Source: Minutocellus sp. GHC0000111
Taxonomy: Eukaryota
DNA: 64,000 nt
Assembly: GCA_977018835.1 (NCBI GenBank)
Contig: OZ361256.1
Coordinates: forward strand, 5,642,001-5,706,000
Direction: 5' to 3'
The notes under the pieces were generated by a model. The model was not told the DNA's origin and did not search any database. It saw nothing but the letters and a program-made list of their open reading frames with translations. A program made the position numbers and the translations under genes. Positions 50,289 to 62,106 of this stretch are shown in pieces (position 1 is the stretch's first letter; every line of letters begins with the position of its first letter).

Positions 50289-51735
50289 ATGAGGATCGGA
50301 GCAGCCCTGCACCTCCTCGCCCTGGTCGGTGGAGCTTGTGCGTTCCACCAACCCACAACCTTCTCCTCGAGCAGCAGACGACCGGCATCCTCTCTACCAA
50401 TGGGCAAGGTCGGTGAGAATTCTCTTATGGATCTGGACGGCAGCAGCAGCAATGGAGACGAGGGACCGCGCAAGTACGGAAAGAATGGCACCTTCCTCGG
50501 CATCCGCCGAGAATCCGGCTACTTGCGTCGCACCATGGAACAGGGCAGCTCCGTCGCCCCGCTCATGCCCGACGGTGGTCTCAGTCCCTGTGTCATCAAG
50601 GTCCTTGGTGTTGGCGGTGGTGGGTCCAATGCGGTAAGTGGGAAGACATACCGTATCTCGTCCTGGTGGGATAAAGCAGCACATCTGATGCTATGTTCCT
50701 TCAACTGAGCAAATCTGAAAGTTTCACACATACTTGGTATGTCATTTTGTCATTTCCTAACATGATTGTTATTTGTTCGTTCCTATCGGGGAAAAGGTCG
50801 ACCGAATGCTCGACACTCGGGTCGGTGGTGTGGAGTTCTGGGCCATCAATACCGACTCCCAGGCCCTCGGACGGTCCAAGGCCAAGGGTGCCCAGGTCCT
50901 CAACATCGGTGCGTCGGTAACGCGCGGTCTGGGTGCCGGTGGCGACCCCGAGGTCGGTCGGTTGGCGGCGGAGGAATCCCGCGAGGAGATTGCCGCCATT
51001 GTGGCCGGCACGGACCTGTGCTTCGTCACCAGCGGCATGGGCGGCGGTACTGGTTCCGGTGCCGCACCCGTCGTGTCGGAGGTGGCCAAGGAGAGCGGTG
51101 CATTGACGGTGGCCATCGTTACCAAGCCCTTTGCGTTCGAGGGACGGAGACGGATGAGGCAGGCCGTGGAGGCCATCGATCGGCTTCGACAGAATGTGGA
51201 CACTGTGATTGTCGTTTCGAACAACAAGCTGTTGGATATTATCCCTGAGAACACACCTCTGGAGGCATCGTTCCGAGTGGCCGATGACATCCTTCGACAG
51301 GGCGTCGTGGGTATTTCGGAGATCATTGTTCGGCCAGGTCTGATCAATGTGGATTTCGCAGATGTTCGAAGTGTTATGCAGGATGCTGGCACAGCATTGA
51401 TGGGCATTGGAACTGGTGTCGGTAAGACTTCCGCTGAGGATGCTGCCATTGCCGCCATATCGAGTCCTCTTCTCGATGCTCCCGTCGAGGAGGCCACTGG
51501 CGTCGTTTTCAACATTATGGGTGGGCCAGAGCTCTCCTTGAAAGAAGTTGACCGTGCTGCCAAGGTCATCTACAACAATGTTCATGAGGATGCCAACGTA
51601 ATCTTTGGTGCCTTGATTGATGATGAGATTGCCGACGGCACCGTGTCCATAACAGTTCTGGCAACGGGTTTCAGTGAGCAAGGCCCAGGCAACTCCGGAG
51701 GAGGCGATGTTCCCAACTTTTTGGGAGGCCGCTGA
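50289..51735 (+). CDS. ftsZ: Plastid FtsZ, copy 2
   Basis: Same translation as copy 1; intron 50634-50796. Confidence 0.93.
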
Positions 51736-51981
51736 GTGAACAATAATGCTTGAGTCATACTGACTAAGCAATGCTGCGTACAAAAGCTACGCTATTTTCT
51801 GTGCCCAAACGATCTTCTTATCATCATCATCATCATCATGTTTATTTTATAATGGGAAAAATAACAACACTGATTCGAAATTACTGCTTTGATTTATGCT
51901 AGACTGGTGATTGTTCTACGTACCTAGCTAGCTAGGTACTTGTTTCTTCTTGCTTCTGTTGTGAAGAAGTCGGCCATCCCG

Positions 51982-53048
51982 TCATTCGTAGTCACTCTCT
52001 TCTTCACTCTCGACATCAATACCCCATGCCTTTTGCAGTCCTCCCGGCAGCAGCACCCCCGTCAAATAAAATACCCCCTGAATGATACCTCCAACCTTGG
52101 GCGGAGGGCTTCCTCCATGTGTTTCCAGCATTCGAGGATAAATAACTACATCGAATTGGTAACCCGCGTGAGTCTCGACAAGGGCCCAATTGAACGCCTT
52201 CCCTGTCTTCTCGTTGATCTTGAGCTCTGTTTCTTTGACAATTCCAGTGATTATTGCCAAGCATCTATTGTCTTCCTCCTCTTTTCCCTCGGAAAACACA
52301 TTGAAAGTACTAAAAGATTGTTTCGCAAATCGCAAGCGCCCCCTTTTTTCTTCTCTCTTATTATGCTTTTCGTACTTTTCCTCCGTATCGAAGAGTCGTA
52401 TGTCTCTAGCAAAAGCGCAGCATTGAATCATGATTGAGTGGGCAGGGACGACATCTTCTCCAATGTATTTGTAGTTTGGACAGAAGAAATCAAATACGCA
52501 TCTACTCATCGTATACCACATCATTTTCCCGTTACATCATCGGTATCTGGCGGCGAAAAGTTGTCCGGACCCTTTCCCACAGGAAAAGCTCCGGCTCCAA
52601 AGATGCATTCATTTTTGTTTGGCTTGTCAGCCCACTTGTCAATAATCGCTCCGCACATCCGTGACTTTCCGAAGAAATGCGGATCGAAGCCAAAATATTC
52701 TCGTTCATTGTGTTCGTTGGGTGGTTCGGCGCCGCCCCACAGCTCGGCTCCCGATTCCGTACGAAGACGAAGCATTTTGTAGCCTTCTGACCAGCCTGGA
52801 AGCTCGTCAGTGTCCGGATCGGAGTAAAAGCGTTTTGCAAGCTCAAGGAATTCGCCCCCTGTTCGAGGACTATCGAAGCCAAGCGTGGAATACGAATCCA
52901 CCGAGGTATCACCCCAGAACGAAGTGTACGAAATGGTACCTCCCTGAAAAGGCATCGACCCTTCCGCCTTGACAAAAGCATTCTCTCCTGCGTTGGTGAC
53001 AAGCAGGACGAGAACAACGGCACAAAATCGAGGCAGAAACCGGCACAT
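51982..53048 (-). pseudogene. Secreted hypothetical protein with frameshift (~52525), copy 2
   Basis: Same as 46963-48029. Confidence 0.55.
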
Positions 53049-53321
53049 GGTGGGTTACAATTGCACAATGAATCTCCGCTCCTTCGACCAACAAATAGAG
53101 CCGTACCGAGAAGACTTCCTTCACGCAACCAACAACGCCACGCCCCCAAGCTCCACGGTCGTATCTTGTCATGCAAATGCGAAAGTCAAAATGCCGACAT
53201 CATACGAGCGGCGGAAAGACGCCCCCATTCTTCCATTAGCATTTTGGCCATGGCACTTTGCGTCTTCGGTTTCCGGGCACGGGCACGCACGTGATGTGCA
53301 AGATACGCTGATACGCTGACC

Positions 53322-55481
53322 ATGAGTGCCTCCAGCAGCAGCAACGCTGCCTACAAGGATAGCGATGACCCAGAAGCCCCCGCTCCCACCGAGGCAACTC
53401 CTCTCACCGGTGAGGGGGCATTCGCTCTCGCCGCACGGACGTCACCCTCGCACTACGCCCACGGTAGCGGCCAAGGAGAACCCCCGGAACAGCAGATCTC
53501 GCAAAGCGATGCCGATGCCGATCGGATAGGCGAAGAGCTCCTCGGCGTGAGCGGTGGGGAGGAGGCCGTCCACGAGTGGATCAAAAAGAGCTTGAACCTG
53601 CTCCCACCGCTGAGGGAAAGTCGAGTGTACGACGAGTACTACGGCGATGAGACGGCGCTTCAGCAGCCCCAGCAACAATTGGGTTCGGCACCGTCGCATG
53701 GATCGGCGGACCTACTTCCCACCGTTGCCGAGGGGCAGCATGGACAGCAACCCACAGCAATAGAAGGGGGCGATCTTCGGAGATCGCGCTCGGCATCGGT
53801 TGGACGGCAGTACCAGTCGCTCCGTCCTCCGCAGAATTACTCTGGCGGCGGTGTTCCTCCTCCTCCCGCGGGACATTCCTCGGTCCGATTTGCAGATGAA
53901 AGTGGTGGTGTCCGACGAGTTCAAACCTACGGAGGCACCTCGGCTCGATTTGGTAGTGGTCAGCAGCGCTTGTCGTCGGGACATTTAAGGGCATCTGGAA
54001 TGGGAACGGACAAAGTCCACCTGACGCCTCGAAGAGACAGTGGGGCTGGTGGCGGAGCCTATCGGATGCCTCCTGCCTCTGGCGGGGGAGGGTTCTACGG
54101 TGATTGGGGAGCCAAGGGACGTGGTAACGTTCTGATGAAGGTCGCTTGTATGGCGGCCATTGCCTCAGCAGTGCTGGTTGGCCTGTTGGCTGGTTTGTTC
54201 TACATGGGCGAAAAGTTGGTCGGACCACCACGACAACCGGTCGGTGCCTACAAGATTATCGAGTTGCAGGAGGGCGATGCCTTCTGGAACTACTACAACT
54301 TTTACGTCGGACCTGATTCGATTGGTTCCAACGGCTATTTGAATTATATTAGCAAAGACAAGGCGTTTGAGATTGGAATCGCCAACGTAACTGTGGAACC
54401 CATGCAGGTTGACGGTTTGGGCGCAGCAACGAGAAGAAGAGCACAGGAGGCAATGCCGACAACAAATACTACAACATCAACTCCAGCACCAGCAGAGACA
54501 GAGACATTTGTATATATGAGTTCAGCCCCCACCGAAAAGGGCCCGCGAGACTCCATACGATTAGAAGGAAAGCGAAGATTCAACCGAGGTCTATTTATCA
54601 TCGATCTGCATCATATGCCGGCAGGATGTGGCGTTTGGCCAGCATTTTGGCTCACAGATGAGGCGAACTGGCCCTTGAACGGTGAAATAGATATCGTTGA
54701 GGGAGTGAATTATCAGAGTGTCGCAAAGACCGCACTGCACAGCACCCAAGTATGTAAGATGGACGACGTGCCGTTGGGTACAAAGACCGGTGGTTGGGAC
54801 ACTGCAGTAGGAAGTGAGTTGTCGTTCGTGAATTATTCAGTGTTACACCATTCTTTTGCTCATCCGAATCATCTAACGCACTAATGTTTGTCTCAACGGC
54901 CCATTGCTTTGTTCCTGTTAGTTCCCGACAAAAAGACAGGAGTACCAGATATGACCATGCGAGATGCAACGAATTGCTACGTATATGACCCTCATCAGTG
55001 GCTGAACCAAGGGTGCGTAGCAGTAGAAAAAGAAGGCGGTACCCTCGGTGTTCCCTTGAACAAAAAGGGTGGAGGTGTCTACGCTCTGGATTGGGACCCG
55101 ATCAACAGGCACATTCGAACCTACGTTTTCACCCCACATAGCAGTGTACCAGAGAACCTTGCCGATGCGATACGAACCGCAGAAGATCAGAGAGTCGACC
55201 CGGATCCTGACTCGTGGGGTTTGCCATATGGATACTTTCCAATAGGAGAGGCAACCAATTGCCCCGCGAGTCACTTTCGTAACATGCGTCTTGTGCTGAA
55301 CATGGCATTTTGCGGGTCAGTATCCGGAAACCGCTACAACATGGACTGCCCGAAGCAGGCAAAAAAATACAAGACGTGCAATGATTGGATCAAGGCAGAC
55401 CCGGATGAACTACAAGAAGCGTATTGGAAGATCAAGGGCGTTTATGTCTATGAAAGAGAGTGGGTCAGTCGGTGGGTTTGA
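53322..55481 (+). CDS. Type II membrane GH16 endo-beta-1,3(4)-glucanase/transglycosylase
   Basis: Long disordered N-terminus and TM (AAIASAVLVGLLAGLFYMG). Motifs HMPAGCGVWPAFW, WPLNGEIDIVEGVN (catalytic ExDxxE), GGGVYALDW and NMAFCG. Intron 54814-54921. Confidence 0.92.
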
Positions 55482-55594
55482 GGTGTAGCGTAAAATCTAT
55501 GTTTATGTAATGTTTAAGTTGCTAGGAGCAAGGATTCTAGCTCGCCACTCTCGTGGTGGCTTGAGCTCAACTTCAACGAGTCCCTACTGGTCAG

Positions 55595-56452
55595 CTAACC
55601 CCTTAGATCTTTCGCTCTTCCTTTGCCCATTGTTTTTACAATTGAATCTTCATACTTTTCTCTCCCCTCGCTTTTCATTTTCTGCTGAGTGTCATGACCA
55701 ACCCGATAGAATCGGTCTAGCTCCTCTTTGCTGATAAATTCTTTCCCCGGAAACTTGCCGCCGGCATTGTAATTTTCCTTGAGGATATCGAGCGAGTGCT
55801 GACTACCACCTTCGGCCGCAATCTTCCAATGACGGATTCCTAACTCGTGGTTGCCAAAGTCGAAGTACTCCGTGACGCAGATGCTGTGGCGCCCCATGAG
55901 GCATCCTCTCAGCGCCGCGACTCGGTCGAATTTAAGAGAGATCTCTGCTTGTTGGCGGACACCCCACCACGACCATCCCTATAGAGCATGGCCATGCTGC
56001 CGCATGCGATACCAGAGCCTAGTTCGATCGCTTGGATCTGATGAGAGAGCCCTTTCGCTTCGTTCTTGGCCCATGGGACAGCAACGCCCGAGGCTCCTGT
56101 CAACATTTCAGCTAAATGTTCGTGTGCAGAACGATCGCCTTTGGCTGCTCTCTTTTCAAGCTGGTCAGGCAAAGATTCGAGAGAGTCTATCGCTCGGCAA
56201 AAGGGGCAGGCTTCGGGGAGCACGAGTGGCTTGTTCTTTCCAGCATTCTTCTCATTTTGCATTTTGATGAAAGCTTCGTTTCCTTCGGAGCATGTCATAC
56301 GCATCTCCTTACCACAGCAGGCCTTGTAGCAGGTATTCACCGGAATGCGAGAGAGAGGCAGGCAACAAATGGCGCAATCTTCCGTTGGTGGGAGTGGTGC
56401 GAAGAGCTCGGCACCCTTGAGTTCCTCCTCGAGATTCTTCACCAGTGCATCG
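55595..56452 (-). pseudogene. RING-like zinc finger plus Sel1-like repeat protein, 5'-truncated and frameshifted
   Basis: LFAPLPPTEDCAICCLPL, CCGK, CPFCR, AIELGS and RHWKIAAEGG. Frame change ~55935; no start codon or promoter space upstream. Confidence 0.75.
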
Positions 56453-56927
56453 CGTAAAGGGCCGTGATACGTGGCGATTGGTGCTTTCCACTGCATTCAA
56501 TGTTCCCCTTGAGGAGATCGAGGCCAAGGAAATGTCCATTGTGGATGCTCGAAATGCCATGCACAAGGTATCATTGCGGATGCTGGACCCATCTTTCCTG
56601 GAAGTTGTAAAAAAGAAATGCGATGCGATCGAAGCACCGAGAGAGGATGGCATGAATCCGGCCGAAATGCAGATGAGACATTCCATCGTTCAGGAGGCCA
56701 TGATCACCCATGTGTATCTTGGCGGTGAGCCCAGTCTGGTATCGGAGCTTGGATTCGGAGAGGGTGAGCGAGGATATGTTTTCTTGCAGCTGGTAATGAG
56801 TGAGCACCAGTCAGATCCTCTTGTCGCACAGTACGTGAGCAGCGGGATGATGCAGGTACTGAATGCTGCCGGTCTTGATCCTGCCACTCTTCAGAAGATC
56901 GCTGAGAAGGCAGCTGAAGGCAAGTAG
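56452..56927 (+). pseudogene. 5'-truncated helical hypothetical protein gene
   Basis: Coherent helical frame (LVSELGFGEGERGYVFLQLVMSEHQSDPLVAQY) beginning directly against the divergent minus-strand gene body. Confidence 0.55.
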
Positions 56928-57476
56928 TCTAGGACTAAACGAGGCGTTACCTAGGTACATTTTAAACTCGATAGAAATACTTGAAAACAACAAAATCGTC
57001 GGCCTAGAGAGGTTGGCTTTTTTAGTGAAGTCTGTTGATTCTTTTACTACGTTGTGAGTCGGTCTCCAATGTATATTCTACTAAATATTCAATAAATAAG
57101 CATCGCTAAGTCCCGATTGTTGCCTTATAATGTTATGTATTACAATAAGATTTCAGGCCTTTGGAAAAAGTGGTGGTATGCTTCGGCGATTGCAGTTGCC
57201 AAAACAAAAATTATGTTTTCTCCACACAGACTTCACTACCCTTTGCAATGAACGCATGCATGGACATCTATAAAGACATTATATATGTAGCCATTCGTTG
57301 CGAGTCAAAAGCAAGCCATCCACCCAAGAGCATCCTCTTTCCCGGGACAAGCAAGAAATAAGAAACGCTTGGACCGATTTGATTCACTTCATGCCCCACA
57401 AGAACATTGATTTGGTTGTTTGAGGAAACGAATATTTGGTTGTATTTGAATATGTGCATTCAATACCTCCAGATAT

Positions 57477-58672
57477 TTAGATACCCTCGGGAAGGAAGTA
57501 TCCGGCCTTGGCAACGTAGGCGGGGGTGGTGAAGGCAGATCCGAGCTGCTCGGTGATGCCAACGCCGGAAGCAAGGCACTGAGCCCAGAGGCCGAAGATG
57601 CCGAGCATGGCAAGACGGCAGTGCTTGAGCTCCTGAAGGCGCTTCTCCTCGTACTCCTCGGGGGTGTAGTCGAGGCCGAAGGGGTTCCACCGTCCCTCGC
57701 CCTGGCCGATGCGGAGGTCACCGGCCTGGTAGGCGGCACCCTCCTCGCGGATGATGCTGATGCGGTAGAACTCGAGGCCAGACATGAAGAGGAAGATCTG
57801 GAGGATGGCGGCGCCGGGGACCTGGGAGAAGGCCTCGAGGGGGTTGGTGTTGGAGTAGGCGTCAAGGCCGGTGGCCTCGTTGCCGGGGAGGGTGCCGAAA
57901 AGGCCGGGGGCGATGAAGCCAACGACGGCGAGCTGGGCGATACGGCCGTGGATGAGCTCGGCCTCACGGTACCAGGAGAGGTCTCCGATCTGGCCGTTGC
58001 GGCCCTCGAAGCCCTGGAACCAGGGTCCGACGGGGACGGTGGAGAAGCCAAGGGGGTCGAAACCGGCATCACCAAGCATGGATCCGTCGAGGGTGGCGGG
58101 GGCAGTGGCGAAGGGGAGGGCCTGGGAAGGTCCGGCGTTGGCCCAAGCGTCAGCGCTGGGGGAGCCTCCGGAGGACTGATATTTGGGCGAAGAGTGGAGA
58201 GAAGGACATGCACACGTGAGAAGTATGAACAACAATAAATAGATATAAGTCCATGGGTCGTTGATTTCCTCTTTCCTCTCGCTTGCTACCGCGATGACTT
58301 CCATCCGAGGCATGGCGCCAAATCAGCACATCGTCACTTCCGGAAGAAATTTTCCATCGGCATATCTCATACTGTCCGAATGATTTGATGCGCGCATCAG
58401 CCATCCAACGAGCACATGCATCTGATGAAGGATCAGAGCATGTGCCTCTTGAGCCAATAAAGAGCATCGGTATCGATTACTCTCTGGACTGGCTGTTTGG
58501 CAGCGGTCTTCCATCGAAATGTTCCGGCAGCGAAAGAACGGCGGGAGCAGGCGGGCAACTGACTGACCTTGGCGACGGGGGCGGGGGCAGCGGCCTTCTT
58601 GTTGCCGCCGAAGGAGCCGAAGGCCTCGGTGGAGGCGGCAGTGGCGAGGAGGGTAAGGGCAGCGAGCTTCAT
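57477..58672 (-). CDS. Light-harvesting fucoxanthin-chlorophyll protein, Lhcr-like
   Basis: Leader TEA-FGS. Motifs GDAGFDPLG, YREAELIHGRIAQLA, NPFG and QELKHCRLAMLG. In-phase intron 58176-58567; strong codon bias. Confidence 0.95.
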
Positions 58673-58767
58673 CTTTGTTCTTATTGGGCAACAGGTGGGA
58701 CTATCAAAGTGGGATGATACAGACGGAGGGCTTGGAGCGGCGGCAAGGCGAACAAGAGGGCCGCGGC

Positions 58768-58773
58768 TGACGT
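58768..58773. promoter_or_regulatory. TGACGT bZIP/aureochrome-type site upstream of the LHC gene
   Basis: Hexamer ~96 bp upstream of the LHC ATG; a 6-mer can occur by chance. Confidence 0.25.
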
Positions 58774-59379
58774 GCCGCCGCTCCAAGCGTTGGATACTGC
58801 AAGTTGCATGCGTACCCAAGGTCGTTAACGCAAATTTTGCAAATCTGCATACTTCGTCGCTACTAAAAATCGTAACGTCCTTACCAATGTTTGAGGTCAT
58901 GGGTCGATCCAACGCAATCGCAACTCTGCTCTGCTCTGCTCTTCATCTCTCTCTCCTGACTCACGCCACTTCTTAGCGCAGACCCTCGATTATTGACAGT
59001 CACAAGCACATCGAGACCTGCTCGTCTCAAATTTGTGCTCATACATGTAGGTGAGAACGAATTGTAATCGCCCTTTTCTTTGCCCAGAGTTTGTTCAAAA
59101 GATGGCGTTGAGGCCCTTCCCAAAGAAGAAACAGCTTGAGTTTGCCGTTGGAGGCAAGACTGTGTCTTGAAAGGTAGATCTACATAATTGAGGGGGCAAT
59201 GACGAGCTTGGCAATCTCTATGATCATATATGGCCGATGCCTTGTTTTCGGGTGCGCTTGCGTGGAAATTGGACGAAGGGGGGAATACTTGAGAGGATTC
59301 TCGTAAGTCTAGGTGCTTCGTACAATGTGTAGAGTGATTTCACGAGAGAGCAGACACCCCCTCCGCGATGTTTCGTAAA

Positions 59380-59466
59380 CATTGTACCAACTTCCTTTTA
59401 TTGATGATCCTTACTCAGAAGGGTATTGTAGACCATAATCAACAATAAAAGGAAGTTGGTACAATG
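59380..59466. repeat. Inverted repeat, 29-bp arms (1 mismatch), 29-nt spacer
   Basis: CATTGTACCAACTTCCTTTTATTGATGAT (59380-59408) pairs with ATCAACAATAAAAGGAAGTTGGTACAATG (59438-59466). Confidence 0.92.
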
Positions 59467-60869
59467 ATCTTGGTGCTCTTTTAGCACATGATATAGATAC
59501 GGTATTAGAGTGTTTCTTTTGGTACACTATTGTTTGAAAATTTATTTTTATGTCGTAGAATACACTTGTGCTGTTTCAAGAAAGAAAAAATACATCAAAC
59601 TTTATAACGAAACAAAACCCATTTCGTTCAACGAATGGGGCCACAACATGTGTCGCCGACGTGCCTCCCATTGAGAACAATCAAGACTACGGGGCACCAT
59701 ACCCTTGTAATAGCCTTTCACAACACTGTGGTGCAGCAGGAGACTTGCAATTACTTTTTTGAGCCTTGAAAAATTCGTTCGCGTTAGACCCGATTTTTTC
59801 GACAGTTTCCGACGTTCCATCACGACCATGTTCGCCCGATGTACAGCACCACCCCGGCCATCGCATACACTCTGACCACCTAGATGCCTTCCTGAATATT
59901 ACTGGAAGGGATTTTTGGGCGATAGCGGTGCGTCGGTGCGTGCCTGTACCGCGAAATGTGGCCCAGCGCCATTACCACCCCCATTACACCACCCATCCGA
60001 AAGTTGGTCCGGATGCTTTTATGCGGTCCATGCACCACTTCCGTTGCACTGAGCCGTCGACGCTTCACCCATATATATACCAAGCGCATTTGAGTGGGGG
60101 GTGGTGGCATTTCTTGACAATTCATAGAGAAAACTATTCCCAAAGTCCCGTGTCTGATGTCGGCACCAGATTTCACCTTCATTGCTTCTGCCGCCCGAGA
60201 GGAACGAAACCGGAGAAAGCGGCCAAACCAACACGTGAGATCGATGGATGTAATATAGAATGAGCATCGTGCGTGCTGATATTGCGTGAAGGAACAGTGG
60301 TTGAGGCTTGAAGGGGGTTGTAGTTGGGGATTTGCTACTTTCAGATGTTTTTGCTTTCCATGGTGACGGCCACAATGATACAAAGATGGGGCCCAATATC
60401 GACCCTCTGGCGCAAACTTGCTCCCAATATTACCCAAGTGAAAGTAATGCCGGTCAGGGAGGATTGAAATGGATGTAGACAAGCATCAGCCATCATTCTT
60501 TGCCATTTTGAGGGTAAAAAAATATTGAAAATTTCTGGGCATGAGGAGATGTTGCTAAAATAGCACATGATGTACGAATGAGTTTGCTTTCAAGTATGCA
60601 ATACTCACCTAACGCATGTAGTTGGCGTATACATCGGTTGGCTTGGAGTTATTTATCGTTATACCATCATTTGGTGGCCTTCTTGTGGAGATGAATTCTC
60701 CTTGCTTTCGCCGTGTTGAGAGAGGCCATTTAGTGGGTTCATTTTTGCGCTGGATAAAGTATCGCACAAAAAAATTTCCTAGTGCCTTACTATTTACGGC
60801 GATTTTGTCGGCGGTCTCGTGGAATCACTCTGTAATTGATCTTCAGGGAGGGCTGTAAAAATCTAGATC

Positions 60870-61090
60870 TAGACGAGGAAGTTTTGGCGGCAATCACAAC
60901 ATATTGCAGGAACCTGAAAGTAATTCTTCTTCACAACACACCCGCCAACGAAAGTAGCTCGTCACTCTTGGCCGTCAGTAAGCATGCTAATCGCAAGGTT
61001 CGAGTAGATTTTTCTGGAAGCCTCGAAGCGAAGCGCGATGCTTGTGCGGATGTGGCCATTTTGCAATCATCATTGATAAAAGCGATTTAA
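60870..61090 (+). pseudogene. Possible 3' fragment of an LRR/F-box-type gene
   Basis: LDEEVLAAITTYCRNLKVILLHN is LRR_CC-like and starts right at a TAGATCTA motif. Confidence 0.3.
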
Positions 61091-61129
61091 AAATTTAATG
61101 CTTGGAAAAATTCATCGACCCAAGTCTTA

Positions 61130-61921
61130 TTAGCGCTCCCTCGCCTTTTTGCTGGGCCGATCATATTCACCACCCTCCTCGTCGCCACCTTCGCCGTTGG
61201 CCATCGCCTCACTTTCGTCGATGAGGGCTTGGCTCTTAGCCCAAACTCCCGCCGCCGGGGAGGGTCCATAATCATCGTCACTGTCGCTATCATCCGTTTC
61301 ACTATCGCCATCCCCACCTCCTTGTGCGGCAGCCGCCTTTTCTTCTTCTTCCGCCCGACGGCGTTCCTGCTCCTCCCTCTGTGCCTGCATGGCCTCCATC
61401 CTCTTCTCACGGGCAATCTGCACGGCCGCCAGATTCTGTCCATATTTGTTACCGAAAATGTTCTTTGGGCCGGCATTGGTGCCCGATGCACATCCTAGAC
61501 ATCCCGTCGTCGGATCCTGGGCCTTGAGCTGCGTTTCACTCCTATCCTGCATGGGCACACGGCAAATGGACGTCGTCCCAAACTTGTAATTTGCCGGGTT
61601 GATCACGTACGTCGAGCACAGCCGTTCGTACCCGGGCTTCTTCCACTTGGAGATGAGTCCGGCGTCGACAATTTTGTGCTTGATGCAGTAATCATAAACT
61701 TTGCGAGGAATCCGGTGGTAGGTGTAGTACATATCGTACACATAACGTGACTTTTGCCAGTTGATCTGATGGACCGGCCAGATCGATTCCGTGTTGCGCT
61801 TGCCGGCGTTGGACTCCTTCACCTTGTCGCGCAGCTCATTCTCCAGCGCCTCGAGGGTCGGCTCGATGATGTCGTACCCATCGGGTACCTTGGCGGCCTT
61901 GCCAAATCGTCGGGATGCCAT
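61130..61921 (-). CDS. BUD31: BUD31/G10 spliceosomal protein with charged C-terminal extension
   Basis: PDGYDIIEPTL, ESIWPVHQINWQKSRYVYDMYY, LISKWKKPGYERLC, ICRVP and GCLGCAS. Confidence 0.93.
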   Translation of the reverse strand: MASRRFGKAAKVPDGYDIIEPTLEALENELRDKVKESNAGKRNTESIWPVHQINWQKSRYVYDMYYTYHRIPRKVYDYCIKHKIVDAGLISKWKKPGYERLCSTYVINPANYKFGTTSICRVPMQDRSETQLKAQDPTTGCLGCASGTNAGPKNIFGNKYGQNLAAVQIAREKRMEAMQAQREEQERRRAEEEEKAAAAQGGGDGDSETDDSDSDDDYGPSPAAGVWAKSQALIDESEAMANGEGGDEEGGEYDRPSKKARER

Positions 61922-62106
61922 ATATTTTGGGTTGTGGGAGTTGGTACTAAGGGCGGCAGCTCGGGAGCGTATCTGACTGGGATGGGTTTTACTTAGTTAG
62001 AGAGGTCGGAAGTCTGAAGTTCCCCAACGAACATCGTTCGTGGACGAAGGCCAGACGGGTCTAACGTACGTACATATTCTGCACGAATTAGTTAGATGAA
62101 AAGTCG

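Larger units (their letters stand above)
45158..55001. repeat. 4.8-kb direct duplication (45158-49982 vs 50183-55001) flanking the gap
   Basis: Identical ORF sets offset by 5025 then 5019 bp. The only difference I noticed is (ATC)8 at 46795 vs (ATC)6 at 51820. Confidence 0.97.

Noticed and set aside
1..56927. Programmed ribosomal frameshifting or stop readthrough as the explanation for split ORFs
   Set aside because: The breaks share no slippery motif or direction and include deletions and truncations; AAA-TGA at 47506 is a single case.
59766..60482. ORFs of 165-200 aa in the gene-free tract
   Set aside because: No domain signal in any frame. Possibly transposon-derived, but I found no TIR pair.
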